From positions 874 to 64,873 of the forward strand of contig CACJVG010000003.1 in NCBI GenBank assembly GCA_902596785.1: a stretch of 64,000 nucleotides of DNA, written 5' to 3'. Source of the stretch: an uncultured Pelagibacteraceae bacterium. GTDB taxonomy: Bacteria; Pseudomonadota; Alphaproteobacteria; Pelagibacterales; Pelagibacteraceae. Every line of letters starts with the position of its first letter. The stretch's first letter is position 1. Under the pieces are notes generated by a model. The model ran no database searches. It saw only the letters and a program-made list of their open reading frames with translations, and was not told where the DNA came from. The position numbers and the translations under genes are program-made. Shown here in pieces: positions 29,174 through 38,809 of the stretch.

Positions 29174-29674
29174 ATGGATGTAAATATAGCTTTATTAACT
29201 GTAACAGATACAAGAACATTTGATAATGATAAATCGGGTGCAATCTTGGTTGAAAAAATTAAAGAGGCCAACCATAAATTAATTGATAGAAAAATTTGCA
29301 AAGACAATAAAGAAGATATTTTAAAAATTTTAAAAGAATGGACAAGTCAAAAAGATATAGACGTCATTATCACTACTGGAGGAACAGGTCTTACAGGACG
29401 AGATATAACTCCTGAAGCAATCGATGAAATTGCAGATAAATATATACCTGGTTTTGGAGAGGTTTTTAGAACAATAAGTCTAAAAACGGTTGGAACATCC
29501 TCTATACAATCAAGAGCATGTGCCGTTTTATCAAATGGAAAATATATTTTTGCATTACCTGGTTCCTCAGGTGGTGTAACAGATGCATGGGATGGAATCT
29601 TAAAACATCAATTAGACATTAATCACAAACCTTGTAACTTTGTTGAATTATTTCCAAGACTTAAAGAAAAATAG
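29174..29674 (+). CDS. moaB: Molybdenum cofactor biosynthesis protein B
   Basis: LTVTDTR..DKSG, TTGGTGLTGRDITPE, LPGS, PCNFVEL. Confidence 0.93.
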   Translation: MDVNIALLTVTDTRTFDNDKSGAILVEKIKEANHKLIDRKICKDNKEDILKILKEWTSQKDIDVIITTGGTGLTGRDITPEAIDEIADKYIPGFGEVFRTISLKTVGTSSIQSRACAVLSNGKYIFALPGSSGGVTDAWDGILKHQLDINHKPCNFVELFPRLKEK

Positions 29675-29920
29675 TTATTTCTGATATTTTTCTTTCCATT
29701 CAGAATAAGGCATTCCATAAACATACTCTCTAGCTTCTAAGTCTGACATGTTTACTCCTTTTTTTTCACCTTCTTCTCTGAACCATCTTGACAAACAATT
29801 TCTACAGAACCCAGCGAGGTTCATCAGATCAATATTTTGAACATCTTTTCTTTCATCTAGATGTTTTAACAATCTCTCAAAAGCCGCTGATTGAAGTTCT
29901 TTTTTTTGATTATCATTCAT
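29675..29920 (-). CDS. DUF1244 family protein
   Basis: AAFERLLKHL..RKDVQNIDLMNLAGFCRNCLS, VYGMPYSEWK; likely start is ATG 29920. Confidence 0.85.
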   Translation of the reverse strand: MNDNQKKELQSAAFERLLKHLDERKDVQNIDLMNLAGFCRNCLSRWFREEGEKKGVNMSDLEAREYVYGMPYSEWKEKYQK

Positions 29921-29964
29921 GAATAAATTATTAATCACAAAAACGATCAACACAATAAATAAAT

Positions 29965-30651
29965 TTAAATTTTATTTTTATATTTTTCAGAAACAAGTTG
30001 TGAAATGATTGATAACGCTATTTCAGATGGTGATTTTCCTCCCAACTTGATACCAATTGGTCCATTTATTTTATCTAATTCTACTTCTTTAAAACCAGCC
30101 TCTATTAATCTTGAGCATCTTTTTTCATGTGTTTTTTTACTTCCTAAGGCACCAATATAAAAAAATTTATTTTTTAACGCATATTGTAAGGCAGGATCAT
30201 CAATTTTTGGATCATGAGTTAAAGTAACCAAAGCCGTACTTGAGTTAGTCTCTATTTCATCAAAAGCTTCATTGGGCCATTTATTAATAATTTTTGTATC
30301 TGGAAACCTTTCTTTTGACGCAAAATACCCTCTTGGATCAACGATAATAATCTCAAAATTTAAATTTTTAGCAAATTCAATTAAATAGATTGAAATATCT
30401 ACAGCTCCAACAATGATTACTTTAATTGGATTTTTATATGTTTGAACAAATATTTCTGAATTTTCTATTATACCATTTTTATTTAAGTTAAATATTTTTT
30501 CAATTTCCTCTGAATACTTTGAAAACATTTCACTAAGATTATGCCCAGGAAAAAATATTTCACTTTCGCCATTAATTAAATTTGTTATGAGTGCAAATTC
30601 TTTTTTTAAAGATTTATTTTTTAAAGTTTCTCTGATTATTTCTAATTTCAT
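29965..30651 (-). CDS. XdhC family protein, C-terminal Rossmann part
   Basis: IIVGAV, VDPR, LTHDPKIDDPAL, YIGALGSKKT, GPIG..SPSEIALSI. Confidence 0.88.
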   Translation of the reverse strand: MKLEIIRETLKNKSLKKEFALITNLINGESEIFFPGHNLSEMFSKYSEEIEKIFNLNKNGIIENSEIFVQTYKNPIKVIIVGAVDISIYLIEFAKNLNFEIIIVDPRGYFASKERFPDTKIINKWPNEAFDEIETNSSTALVTLTHDPKIDDPALQYALKNKFFYIGALGSKKTHEKRCSRLIEAGFKEVELDKINGPIGIKLGGKSPSEIALSIISQLVSEKYKNKI

Positions 30652-30980
30652 TATTTAATTTCTTCAATATAAATTGATATATCGCCACCACAGGCCAATC
30701 CTATTTCCCATGCATTTTCATTCGAGACATTAAAATCTATTTTTTTACAAATTTTTTTATTTTTCATTAAAGATATACATTCTTCAACAACTTTAGCCTC
30801 CACACAGCCTCCAGAAACAGATCCTAAAAAATTTCCATCTTCACTTACTATCATTCTGCTACCAATTCCCAATGGTGATGAACCCCACGTTTGGACAACT
30901 GTTGCTAATGAAACTTTTTTATTATTTTTTATCCAATTATCTGCTTCTTCAAATATTTTTTTTTCAGGAAAATTACTCAT
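30651..30980 (-). CDS. XdhC/CoxI family protein, N-terminal part
   Basis: LATVVQTWGSSP, GSVSGGCVE, AWEIGLACGG. Confidence 0.9.
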   Translation of the reverse strand: MSNFPEKKIFEEADNWIKNNKKVSLATVVQTWGSSPLGIGSRMIVSEDGNFLGSVSGGCVEAKVVEECISLMKNKKICKKIDFNVSNENAWEIGLACGGDISIYIEEIK

Positions 30981-31553
30981 TTTTCAAATATTCTTTTAAA
31001 GTTTATTCTTATAGCTAGTAAAACTGTTATTAGCACAAAGTAAAATAAAGGTTTAAAATAAATAGTTTTAGATAACCAAATAAAATGTAAAGAACCTAAA
31101 ATTGCAATTACATATATTAGTTTGTGCAATTTTTTCCAATTTTGTTTAAGCAACAACATCATTTTTTGTGAAGAGGTTATTGTTAGTGGTATTAACAAAA
31201 CCCAAGCAGCAAAACCAACAAAAATATATTTTTTTTTCATAACATCATCAAAAATTGGTTGCCAACTAAATCTATAGTCTATGCCAACGTAAGTAAATAA
31301 ATGCAATGAGGCATAAAAAAAAACAAACAATCCCAACATTCTTCTAATTTTTACCCAATAGTTTAAATTAGTTAATTTTTTTAATGGACTCATCGATAAG
31401 GTTAAACAAATGAAAATTAAAGTCCATTCTCCTGTAAAATGAGTTATTTCTTTAACTGGTTCTGGTCCTAATTTATTAAAAAATTTTATAAGTTATAAGT
31501 AGAAATGGAATTATACTTAATATGAAAATACTTGGCTTAAAATACTTTATCAT
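30977..31553 (-). pseudogene. msrQ: MsrQ (YedZ) heme membrane subunit, interrupted by a frameshift near 31478-31500
   Basis: ATG 31553 (TGATG overlap with msrP) gives MIKYFKPSIFILSIIPFLLITYKIF-stop. The rest (NKLGPEPVKEITHFTGEW..RRMLGL..YASLH..WKKLHKLIY..LHFIW) is in another frame. Confidence 0.75.
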
Positions 31554-32458
31554 CAAAAGTACTTTTTTAAATCCATACCAGTATATAAATTTGCTACTTC
31601 ATCACCATAGCCATTAAACATTAAAGTTTTAACCCTTGGAGCCCATACACCTTCTCCAATTATTCTTTCAGTTGCCTGTGACCATCTAGGATGATCCACA
31701 TTTGGGTTTACATTCGAATAAAATCCATATTCTCTAGGTGAAGCCCACATCCATGAAGAAGTAGGCATATTTTTAACAAATTTAATTTTAACAATTGCTT
31801 TTGCACTTTTAAAACCATACTTCCAAGGAATAAAAATTCTAAATGGTGCTCCGTTTTGATTTGGAAGTTTTTTGCCATATAAACCTGTAACTACGGTAGT
31901 CAAAGGATGCATTGCTTCATCAATTCTTAAACCTTCATTGTATGGCCAGTTTAAAACAGGGTATCTTTGTCCTTTCATTTGTGCAGGATCATATACACTT
32001 TCAAATTCAACAAATTTTGCTTTATTAGTTGGATTAACTTTTGATAGCAATTCACTCAAAGAAAAACCCATCCACGGAATTACCATTGACCATCCCTCGA
32101 CACATCTTAATCTGTAAATTCTTTCCTCTGATACAAACATTTCAGAAATTTCTTCCATAGATAGTTTAATTGGTTTTTCAACTTCACCTTCAATGCTTAT
32201 ATCCCATGGAGAAGTTTTAAATATTTGCGAGTTTCTATATGGATCACCTTTTGATGTACCAAACTCATAATAATTATTATAAGTAGTGATATCTTTATAA
32301 CTTGTTAATTTATCTCTCTCATTTGCTAAGGATTTATTTGCAAACGGAATAGTTGAAATCGCTAAAGAACTTGCTCCTAAACCAATAGATTTAATAAACG
32401 ATCTTCTGTTTTTGTAAATTTTTTCTGGTGTGATTTCTGAGTATTTAAATTTTTTCAT
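31553..32458 (-). CDS. msrP: Methionine sulfoxide reductase molybdo-subunit MsrP (YedY)
   Basis: EITPE, Tat motif NRRSFIK, YNNYYEFG, RLRCVEGWS, PWKYGFKS, EYGFYSNVNP. Confidence 0.95.
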   Translation of the reverse strand: MKKFKYSEITPEKIYKNRRSFIKSIGLGASSLAISTIPFANKSLANERDKLTSYKDITTYNNYYEFGTSKGDPYRNSQIFKTSPWDISIEGEVEKPIKLSMEEISEMFVSEERIYRLRCVEGWSMVIPWMGFSLSELLSKVNPTNKAKFVEFESVYDPAQMKGQRYPVLNWPYNEGLRIDEAMHPLTTVVTGLYGKKLPNQNGAPFRIFIPWKYGFKSAKAIVKIKFVKNMPTSSWMWASPREYGFYSNVNPNVDHPRWSQATERIIGEGVWAPRVKTLMFNGYGDEVANLYTGMDLKKYF

Positions 32459-32897
32459 GAACTATAGGGTTACCTTTTAACCAATCACTTTGATTGTCTG
32501 TATAATGTTCTTTTTTCCATATAGGTGATCTTTTTTTAATTTCTTCGATAATATATCTAGACAAAACATAAGCTTGATCTCTGTGTTTGCATGCAACAGC
32601 AATTATAATACTCATTTCTCCAAGATTTAAATAACCTTTAGCGTGTTCTATAAAAACAGCTTTATCCTGAATATTAAGTTTTTTATCAGCCTCTTTATAT
32701 ATTTCCTCAAAACTTTTTATGACAAGTTCATCATGACTGTCGTACGTAATTCCAATTACACTTTTGTTATTATTTAGATTTCTTACTGTACCAGTAAAAA
32801 ATATTGATGCCCCAAATTCGACAGAAGTTATAAATCTTTCTGCATCATTTATTGAAAGTTTTTTATCTTTACTATCTACGATTTTTGTATGAAGCAT
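32445..32897 (-). CDS. moaE: Molybdopterin synthase catalytic subunit
   Basis: GA..FTGTVR, HAKG.L, HRDQA, PIWKKE. Confidence 0.9.
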   Translation of the reverse strand: MLHTKIVDSKDKKLSINDAERFITSVEFGASIFFTGTVRNLNNNKSVIGITYDSHDELVIKSFEEIYKEADKKLNIQDKAVFIEHAKGYLNLGEMSIIIAVACKHRDQAYVLSRYIIEEIKKRSPIWKKEHYTDNQSDWLKGNPIVHEKI

Positions 32898-33166
32898 TAA
32901 CCTCCTCCTATAGGAGGTATGATACCGATTTTTTCGTTATTTGTTATTTTATAATTGTCGCTAACAATATTATTATTTTCCGAACAAAAAGCAGAGGAAT
33001 TAACAATTTTTTTATAGTTTTCATTACCATTAAATTTTTCATCTAAATATTGAATTATTTTTTTTCGAATATCCTTTATTGTTGATTTTTGCTCTAAATC
33101 TAATTCTAACAAATTTTGTTCACTGAAATCTCTTGCAGCACCAAATAACTCAATTTTAACTTTCAT
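32897..33166 (-). CDS. moaD: Molybdopterin synthase sulfur carrier
   Basis: LFGAARD and C-terminal IIPPIGGG. Confidence 0.88.
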   Translation of the reverse strand: MKVKIELFGAARDFSEQNLLELDLEQKSTIKDIRKKIIQYLDEKFNGNENYKKIVNSSAFCSENNNIVSDNYKITNNEKIGIIPPIGGG

Positions 33167-33173
33167 TATATTT

Positions 33174-33719
33174 TTAAAATAAATCTTTTAAAAAATTTGG
33201 TAGACCATCGGGGTTTTTCCACAATCCGTTTTTTCCACCTTCTTTGATTAATAATTTTACATTATCTATCTTGAGGTGTGGATTAATTATTTTACTTAAA
33301 TCATAAATTGTGATTAGAGCAGCATTAACACCCATGATTGCTTCCATTTCAACCCCAGTTTTTGCATGTGTTGAAACAACACAAAAAACTTCTAGAGATT
33401 TATCTTCTTCATTCATGATAATTTTTGTAGCAGTATGGTCAATTGTTAAAGGATGGCAAAGTGGAATTAATTCACTTGTTTTTTTTACACCCAAAACCGC
33501 AGAGACCTCCGCCAAGGTTATTGGATCACCTTTTGGCATTTCTTTATTTTTTATTAGCTCAAAAACTTCATCACCAACGTAAATTTTTCCATAAGCTAAA
33601 GCTCTTCTAAATGTTTCTTTTTTTTCAGAAACATCAATCATTTTAAAAGAATTTTTTTTAAAAATTTCTTTTGCCCAATCTTTTAAATCATTATCACTTA
33701 CAATTTTTAAATTTTTCAT
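33174..33719 (-). CDS. moaC: Cyclic pyranopterin monophosphate synthase
   Basis: MIDVSEK, KGD, LIPLCHPL, TGVEMEA, TIYD; likely start is ATG 33719. Confidence 0.93.
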   Translation of the reverse strand: MKNLKIVSDNDLKDWAKEIFKKNSFKMIDVSEKKETFRRALAYGKIYVGDEVFELIKNKEMPKGDPITLAEVSAVLGVKKTSELIPLCHPLTIDHTATKIIMNEEDKSLEVFCVVSTHAKTGVEMEAIMGVNAALITIYDLSKIINPHLKIDNVKLLIKEGGKNGLWKNPDGLPNFLKDLF

Positions 33720-33720
33720 A

Positions 33721-34713
33721 CTATCCACCAGTTTTTGATAAATTTTTTGTTGACCCAGTATCACCCAATTCTAAATGATGAGACTCTTTTTTGAACTGCA
33801 TTTGTTTCATTATTAAATCTTTTAATTCATTTAACTGATCATCCTTTTGCAAAAGATGTCTTAAATTAATTCCAGTATTTCCAAATAAACAAAGTCTCAA
33901 ATCTCCCCTTGATGTAATCCTCAGTCTATTGCATGATTTACAAAAATCTTTTGAATATGGAGCAATAATACCAAACTTACCCTTATATTTAGGGTTGATA
34001 TAATTTAAAGAGGGTCCTGCATCTTTACCAAATGTTTGATATATCCATTTATTTTTCATTAGATATTCTTTAAAAATTCCTGATGAAACATGGTATTTTT
34101 TAAAATAATCTAAATTATCACCAGTTCTCATTAATTCTATATATCTTAAATCAATTTTATTTTTCTCTATAAATTTAGCCCAAGTATTAAAATCCTTTAT
34201 TGATGAATTAATTCCATTTAAGAGTACAGCATTAATTTTAATATTTTCAAAACCTATACTTTGTAAAATTTCTATACCATTCAAAATTTCTGGTAACCTG
34301 TCATGACCAGTAATATTTTTAAATATTTCTCTATCTAAGCTATCAACACTGATATTAATACCAGTAAGCCCGCTGTTAACTAATTGTTCTGCTTTTTTTT
34401 CTAATTTATAGCCATTAGTAGTAATTGATACATTGTGAATTCCTGATTCAAATTTTAATATTTTTATAATATCAAAGAAATCTTTTCTTACTGTTGGTTC
34501 TCCACCTGTAATTCTGATCTTATTTACACCAAGTTCAGAAAAACAATTTGCAAGTCGCTTAATTTCATCTAAATGAAGAAACTTTCTAGAGTCGTTTTTG
34601 TCTACTTGGTAACCATTAGGCAAACAATATCCACATTTAAAATTACAAACATCAGAAATTGACAATCTGATATAAGGAAATTTTCTGCCAAAACTATCTT
34701 TAAGAACACTCAT
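33721..34713 (-). CDS. moaA: GTP 3',8-cyclase (radical SAM)
   Basis: CNFKCGYC, RITGGEP, FCKSCNRLR..CL, C-terminal GG. Confidence 0.96.
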   Translation of the reverse strand: MSVLKDSFGRKFPYIRLSISDVCNFKCGYCLPNGYQVDKNDSRKFLHLDEIKRLANCFSELGVNKIRITGGEPTVRKDFFDIIKILKFESGIHNVSITTNGYKLEKKAEQLVNSGLTGINISVDSLDREIFKNITGHDRLPEILNGIEILQSIGFENIKINAVLLNGINSSIKDFNTWAKFIEKNKIDLRYIELMRTGDNLDYFKKYHVSSGIFKEYLMKNKWIYQTFGKDAGPSLNYINPKYKGKFGIIAPYSKDFCKSCNRLRITSRGDLRLCLFGNTGINLRHLLQKDDQLNELKDLIMKQMQFKKESHHLELGDTGSTKNLSKTGG

Positions 34714-34753
34714 AAGTAGCTATTATAATATATTTTTATTTAGAAAATAGCTA

Positions 34754-35545
34754 TTAACTATTAAGTCGATTCATCTCTTCAAGTTCTACTTCGAGCTTGT
34801 CTAATTCTTCACCACCTGCCATCATCCCTAAAAGTTCTTCTCTACTGATATCTTTTTTATTAAAAGTTCCTAGGCTTTTTCCTCTATTTAGAACTGTAAA
34901 ACTATTTCCAACTGGATAAGCATGGTGAACATTATGAGTAATTAAAATTACCGCTAATCCCTGTGAAGCAGCTTTAACGACGTATTTTAAAACCATTGAC
35001 GCTTGATGCACACCAAGAGCAGAGGTTGGTTCATCCAAAACTAAAACTTTTGCACCAAAATAAATAGCTCTTGATATTGCTAAACATTGTCTTTCACCAC
35101 CAGACATTGTTCCAACTGCTTGAGAGGGATCTCTTACATCAATTCCTATTTGACCCATTCTTTCTGCAGCAATTTGATTTGCCTTTTCAATATCAAAAGT
35201 TTTTAAAAAAGGAGGCCCTTTTAATGGTTCTCTACCCATAAAAAAATTTCTAGTAACACTCATTAATGGAACTAGTGCTAAGTCTTGATAAACAGTTCCA
35301 ATACCCATATCCAAAGCATCTTTTGGTGAGTCAAAAACAGTTTTTTTTCCTTCAATTACTATTTCACCTTCATCGGGTTTATGAACACCTGCTAAAGTTT
35401 TAATTAATGTTGATTTTCCCGCACCATTGTCACCAAGTAAACACATGATCTCACCTTTTTTTAATTTCATAGTGACATCTTTAAGAGCAATTACTTTTCC
35501 AAAAAATTTACTAATGTTGTTAAATTCAATTAAATTTTCTGACAT
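34754..35545 (-). CDS. Sugar (probably inositol) ABC transporter ATP-binding protein
   Basis: [27 protein letters not shown]. Confidence 0.9.
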   Translation of the reverse strand: MSENLIEFNNISKFFGKVIALKDVTMKLKKGEIMCLLGDNGAGKSTLIKTLAGVHKPDEGEIVIEGKKTVFDSPKDALDMGIGTVYQDLALVPLMSVTRNFFMGREPLKGPPFLKTFDIEKANQIAAERMGQIGIDVRDPSQAVGTMSGGERQCLAISRAIYFGAKVLVLDEPTSALGVHQASMVLKYVVKAASQGLAVILITHNVHHAYPVGNSFTVLNRGKSLGTFNKKDISREELLGMMAGGEELDKLEVELEEMNRLNS

Positions 35546-36672
35546 TATTTACTCTCAGTTACTCGTTTTCTAATGTAATTATTAAACACTACAGCAATCA
35601 ACATCATTGCTCCTAAAAACACTTTAAACCAATCAGTATCTACGTCTGTATAAAATATTCCCATTGAAACAGTTCCAAATATTAATGCACCAAAAGCTGC
35701 ACCAATTGCAGAACCATATCCTCCAGTCAATAAACAACCACCAACAACTGCTGCTGCAATTGCTTCTAATTCTTTTAAATTTCCCCTCATAGTGTCTGCA
35801 GAACCAGCATCTAAAACTTGAATAGTTGCAAAAATGGTTGCTGCAACTGCTGTCCCAATAAATAAACTTATTTTAACTCTTCCGACAGGCACACCAACAT
35901 TTGTTGCACCGTTCTTGTCTCCTCCTGATGCAAAAATCCAGTTACCATATCTAGTCTTCATCAATATCCATGTTGCAAAAAGTGTAGCAGCAATAAACCA
36001 TATTACTGAAGGTGGAATACCAGTAGCTAATGGAGTACCATCAGTTCTTAATGCAATTAAATTCATTGAACCCAACCAAGTGAATAACCACTTGAATGTA
36101 TCAGTTGCAAACATCCAAGCGATTGGATCATTCTCAATTAAAACTCTTAAACCAGGAACTTGAGTTCTTCCTGTAATTAATCTTGTGATTGCTAATGTTG
36201 CTCCTCTTAAAATAAACAACATTGCAAGAGTCACTATAAAAGATGGAAGTCCTGTTCTAACAACAAGGATACCATTAAAATAACCAACAAGTACTGCCAT
36301 AGCAAAAGCAAAAATAATACTTATCCATAAAGGCCAGCCCCAATAAATTGCAGGTATTGCTATACAAATTCCTGCAAAACCAATCATTGATCCAATTGAT
36401 AAATCAAATTCACCACCAATCATTAGCATTGCTGCAGCAATTGCGATTATTCCTAAATTTGCAGAGACATCTAAAAAGTTTAGAGTTCCATAAGCACTAA
36501 ACATTCCTGTATCACCTGCAACTATTCCAAAAAATATGAATACTAAAATTGCACCACCAACAGCACCTAATTCAGGTCTATTTAAAAGTAATCTTAATTT
36601 AGAAACTTCTTTTAGCCTTTCGTCTTGACCAGAAGTTTTTTTTGATGCGATGCTTTTTGCTTTATCTGACAT
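35545..36672 (-). CDS. Sugar (probably inositol) ABC transporter permease
   Basis: [34 protein letters not shown] (CUT2-type permease). Confidence 0.9.
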   Translation of the reverse strand: MSDKAKSIASKKTSGQDERLKEVSKLRLLLNRPELGAVGGAILVFIFFGIVAGDTGMFSAYGTLNFLDVSANLGIIAIAAAMLMIGGEFDLSIGSMIGFAGICIAIPAIYWGWPLWISIIFAFAMAVLVGYFNGILVVRTGLPSFIVTLAMLFILRGATLAITRLITGRTQVPGLRVLIENDPIAWMFATDTFKWLFTWLGSMNLIALRTDGTPLATGIPPSVIWFIAATLFATWILMKTRYGNWIFASGGDKNGATNVGVPVGRVKISLFIGTAVAATIFATIQVLDAGSADTMRGNLKELEAIAAAVVGGCLLTGGYGSAIGAAFGALIFGTVSMGIFYTDVDTDWFKVFLGAMMLIAVVFNNYIRKRVTESK

Positions 36673-36691
36673 TAATTTGAATTTTGTTTAG

Positions 36692-36726
36692 AAAAAAGGC
36701 CTAACTAAAAGTTAGCTAGGCCTTTT
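36692..36726 (-). terminator. Stem-loop with U-tract between the binding-protein and permease genes (partial terminator or mRNA stabiliser)
   Basis: Minus strand GGCCTAGCTAA-CTT-TTAGTTAGGCC-TTTTTT. Confidence 0.75.
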
Positions 36727-36736
36727 AAAGTATTTT

Positions 36737-37660
36737 TTATCTGTAACCTTGAGCTGCCCACTTAATTACTTTAGCAGCATTGTCAGGAGTTACGAAACCA
36801 GGACCAGTCATAACTACTCCAGCTGGCATAGTTCCATATCTCATGTACTGACCAAAAATTGCTATTGGTAAGTAACCTTGTAGGTATTGTTGTTGGTCAA
36901 TTAAAAACTCTACTTTACCTGCAGCAGCAGCTTTTAACATTCCTGGTGACATATCAAATGTACCAAGTCTAACTTTACCAACTTTTCCTGCAGCTTCTAA
37001 AGCTTTAAGAGCAGCTTCACCTGCAAGACCAGCACCTAAAGTTAGAATAGTGTCATATCCACCACCTAATTTAGCAGCAACAGCTTTTTGAATTTCTGTT
37101 GGGTCATTAGAAGTTCCTAAGATGTCAACTGATCCACCAAAACCTTTTTTAAATCCAGCACATCTTCTGTCTAGCGCAACGTTTCCAACTTCGTGGTTAA
37201 CACATAGTGCTTTTTTACCACCAGCAGCTTTCATTTTTTGTCCGCCACCTACACCAGCTTCAAACTCAGTTTGTCCAACGTGAGCACTGATACCTAGTGA
37301 AGCAAAGTCATCTGAACCAGAGTTCATTGAAATTACTGGAATACCAGCAGCGATAGCAGCTTTAACAGATTTTCCTAAAGCAGCAGCATCTGGAAGAGTA
37401 ATCACAATACCTTTTGGTTTTTGTGAAACTGCGTTGTCAATTAATTTAGCCATTTCAACCATGTCGAAAGTAGCAGGTGCAGTGTACTTGCAAGATATTC
37501 CCATATCTGCACATCCTTTATCTACACCATTCTTAGCAACAGACCAAAACGGGTCGTTAGCTTGTCCGTGAGATACAACGATCACATCTACTGCTAAAGC
37601 AGACACTGAAAGCATAACCCAAGCAACAAAAGCTAATAATGATTTATATAATGTTTTCAT
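36737..37660 (-). CDS. Sugar (probably inositol) ABC substrate-binding protein
   Basis: Signal peptide, SHGQANDPFWSV, GIPVISMNSG, IDQQQYLQGY; adjacent to iolG. Confidence 0.88.
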   Translation of the reverse strand: MKTLYKSLLAFVAWVMLSVSALAVDVIVVSHGQANDPFWSVAKNGVDKGCADMGISCKYTAPATFDMVEMAKLIDNAVSQKPKGIVITLPDAAALGKSVKAAIAAGIPVISMNSGSDDFASLGISAHVGQTEFEAGVGGGQKMKAAGGKKALCVNHEVGNVALDRRCAGFKKGFGGSVDILGTSNDPTEIQKAVAAKLGGGYDTILTLGAGLAGEAALKALEAAGKVGKVRLGTFDMSPGMLKAAAAGKVEFLIDQQQYLQGYLPIAIFGQYMRYGTMPAGVVMTGPGFVTPDNAAKVIKWAAQGYR

Positions 37661-37807
37661 TATTTTTCCCTCTCGTTTAAATAAAAGTTAACTTTTAATG
37701 CGCTGACGTTAACATAAAAAAAACTAGGTTGTAAAGATGACAACTATAAAATGTATAACTTTTATACACAGTTTATAATTATTGTAGATTTTCTATTATT
37801 AGTTGTA

Positions 37808-38809
37808 TTAAAATTTTATTTTAATTTGTTTTTTTTGCTTCAAAGAACTTGATGCAGCGTTAGCAATGATAAGAGCTCTTCTTCCATCCTCAAAACTGGA
37901 TATAGGTTTGTTTTTTTTAATTGTATATCTAGCCAGTTCATTCAGTTGAAGCTTGTATGCATCAACATACCTATCAATAAAAAAATTAAGAAGAGGTTTT
38001 TTTTGAGAAGTATTATTTTTAGTAAATATTTCTGTCTCGTTTTCTTTTTTATTTCCAGATATCAACATTCCTTTAGATCCAAACAACTCTACTCTTTGAT
38101 CATAGCCAAAACTACAATGTCTTGAATTAGTAATTATACATTGCACACCTTTTTTTGATCTTAAAATACATGAGGCAAGCTCATAATCTTTAATTTTATC
38201 AAATTTTTTGTCTGAAATATTGCTTCCTGTTGAAAAAATTGAGCTCACTTCATCTTTTTCTAAATAAAATCTAGCTAAATCAAAATCATGTATCATCATG
38301 TCTTTAAATATACCTCCAGAAACTTTTAAATAATGTAGAGGAGGAGGTGCTGGATCTCTGCTTGTTATTATAATTTTTTCTAGCCTTCCTATTTTTCCTT
38401 TTTGAAGCTCTTTTTTTAACGAACTATGACCCGGGTCATATCTTCTATTAAATCCCAACTGTATTTTTGGATTAAGTTTTTTAATTTTTTTTAGGCATTT
38501 ATTAACTTTATCAATATTTAAATCTAAAGGTTTTTCACAGAAAATCACTTTTTTATATTTAGCACCTTCCTCAATTAATTTGATATGCGTTGGTGTACTT
38601 GATGCAATAAATATTAGATCTATATTTTTATCTTTGAAAGCAATTTTAGGATTGTTGATAGATGTTGAGTTAAATTTTTTCGATATTTTTTGATTAAGTT
38701 TTGTATTGATATCAAAAGTATATTTTAAGTTAAAACTTTTATGAGAAAATAAATTTTCAGCATGCATTTGACCAATTCTTCCAAGACCAATTAAAGCAAC
38801 GTTAATCAT
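37808..38809 (-). CDS. iolG: myo-Inositol 2-dehydrogenase
   Basis: GLGRIG, FCEKP, GFNRRYDP, ITSRDP, SGGIFKDMMIHDFD, GYDQRVE. Confidence 0.9.
   Translation of the reverse strand: MINVALIGLGRIGQMHAENLFSHKSFNLKYTFDINTKLNQKISKKFNSTSINNPKIAFKDKNIDLIFIASSTPTHIKLIEEGAKYKKVIFCEKPLDLNIDKVNKCLKKIKKLNPKIQLGFNRRYDPGHSSLKKELQKGKIGRLEKIIITSRDPAPPPLHYLKVSGGIFKDMMIHDFDLARFYLEKDEVSSIFSTGSNISDKKFDKIKDYELASCILRSKKGVQCIITNSRHCSFGYDQRVELFGSKGMLISGNKKENETEIFTKNNTSQKKPLLNFFIDRYVDAYKLQLNELARYTIKKNKPISSFEDGRRALIIANAASSSLKQKKQIKIKF

Noticed and set aside
33720-33764. MoaC extension overlapping moaA
   Set aside because: ATG 33719 directly after the moaA stop is more parsimonious.
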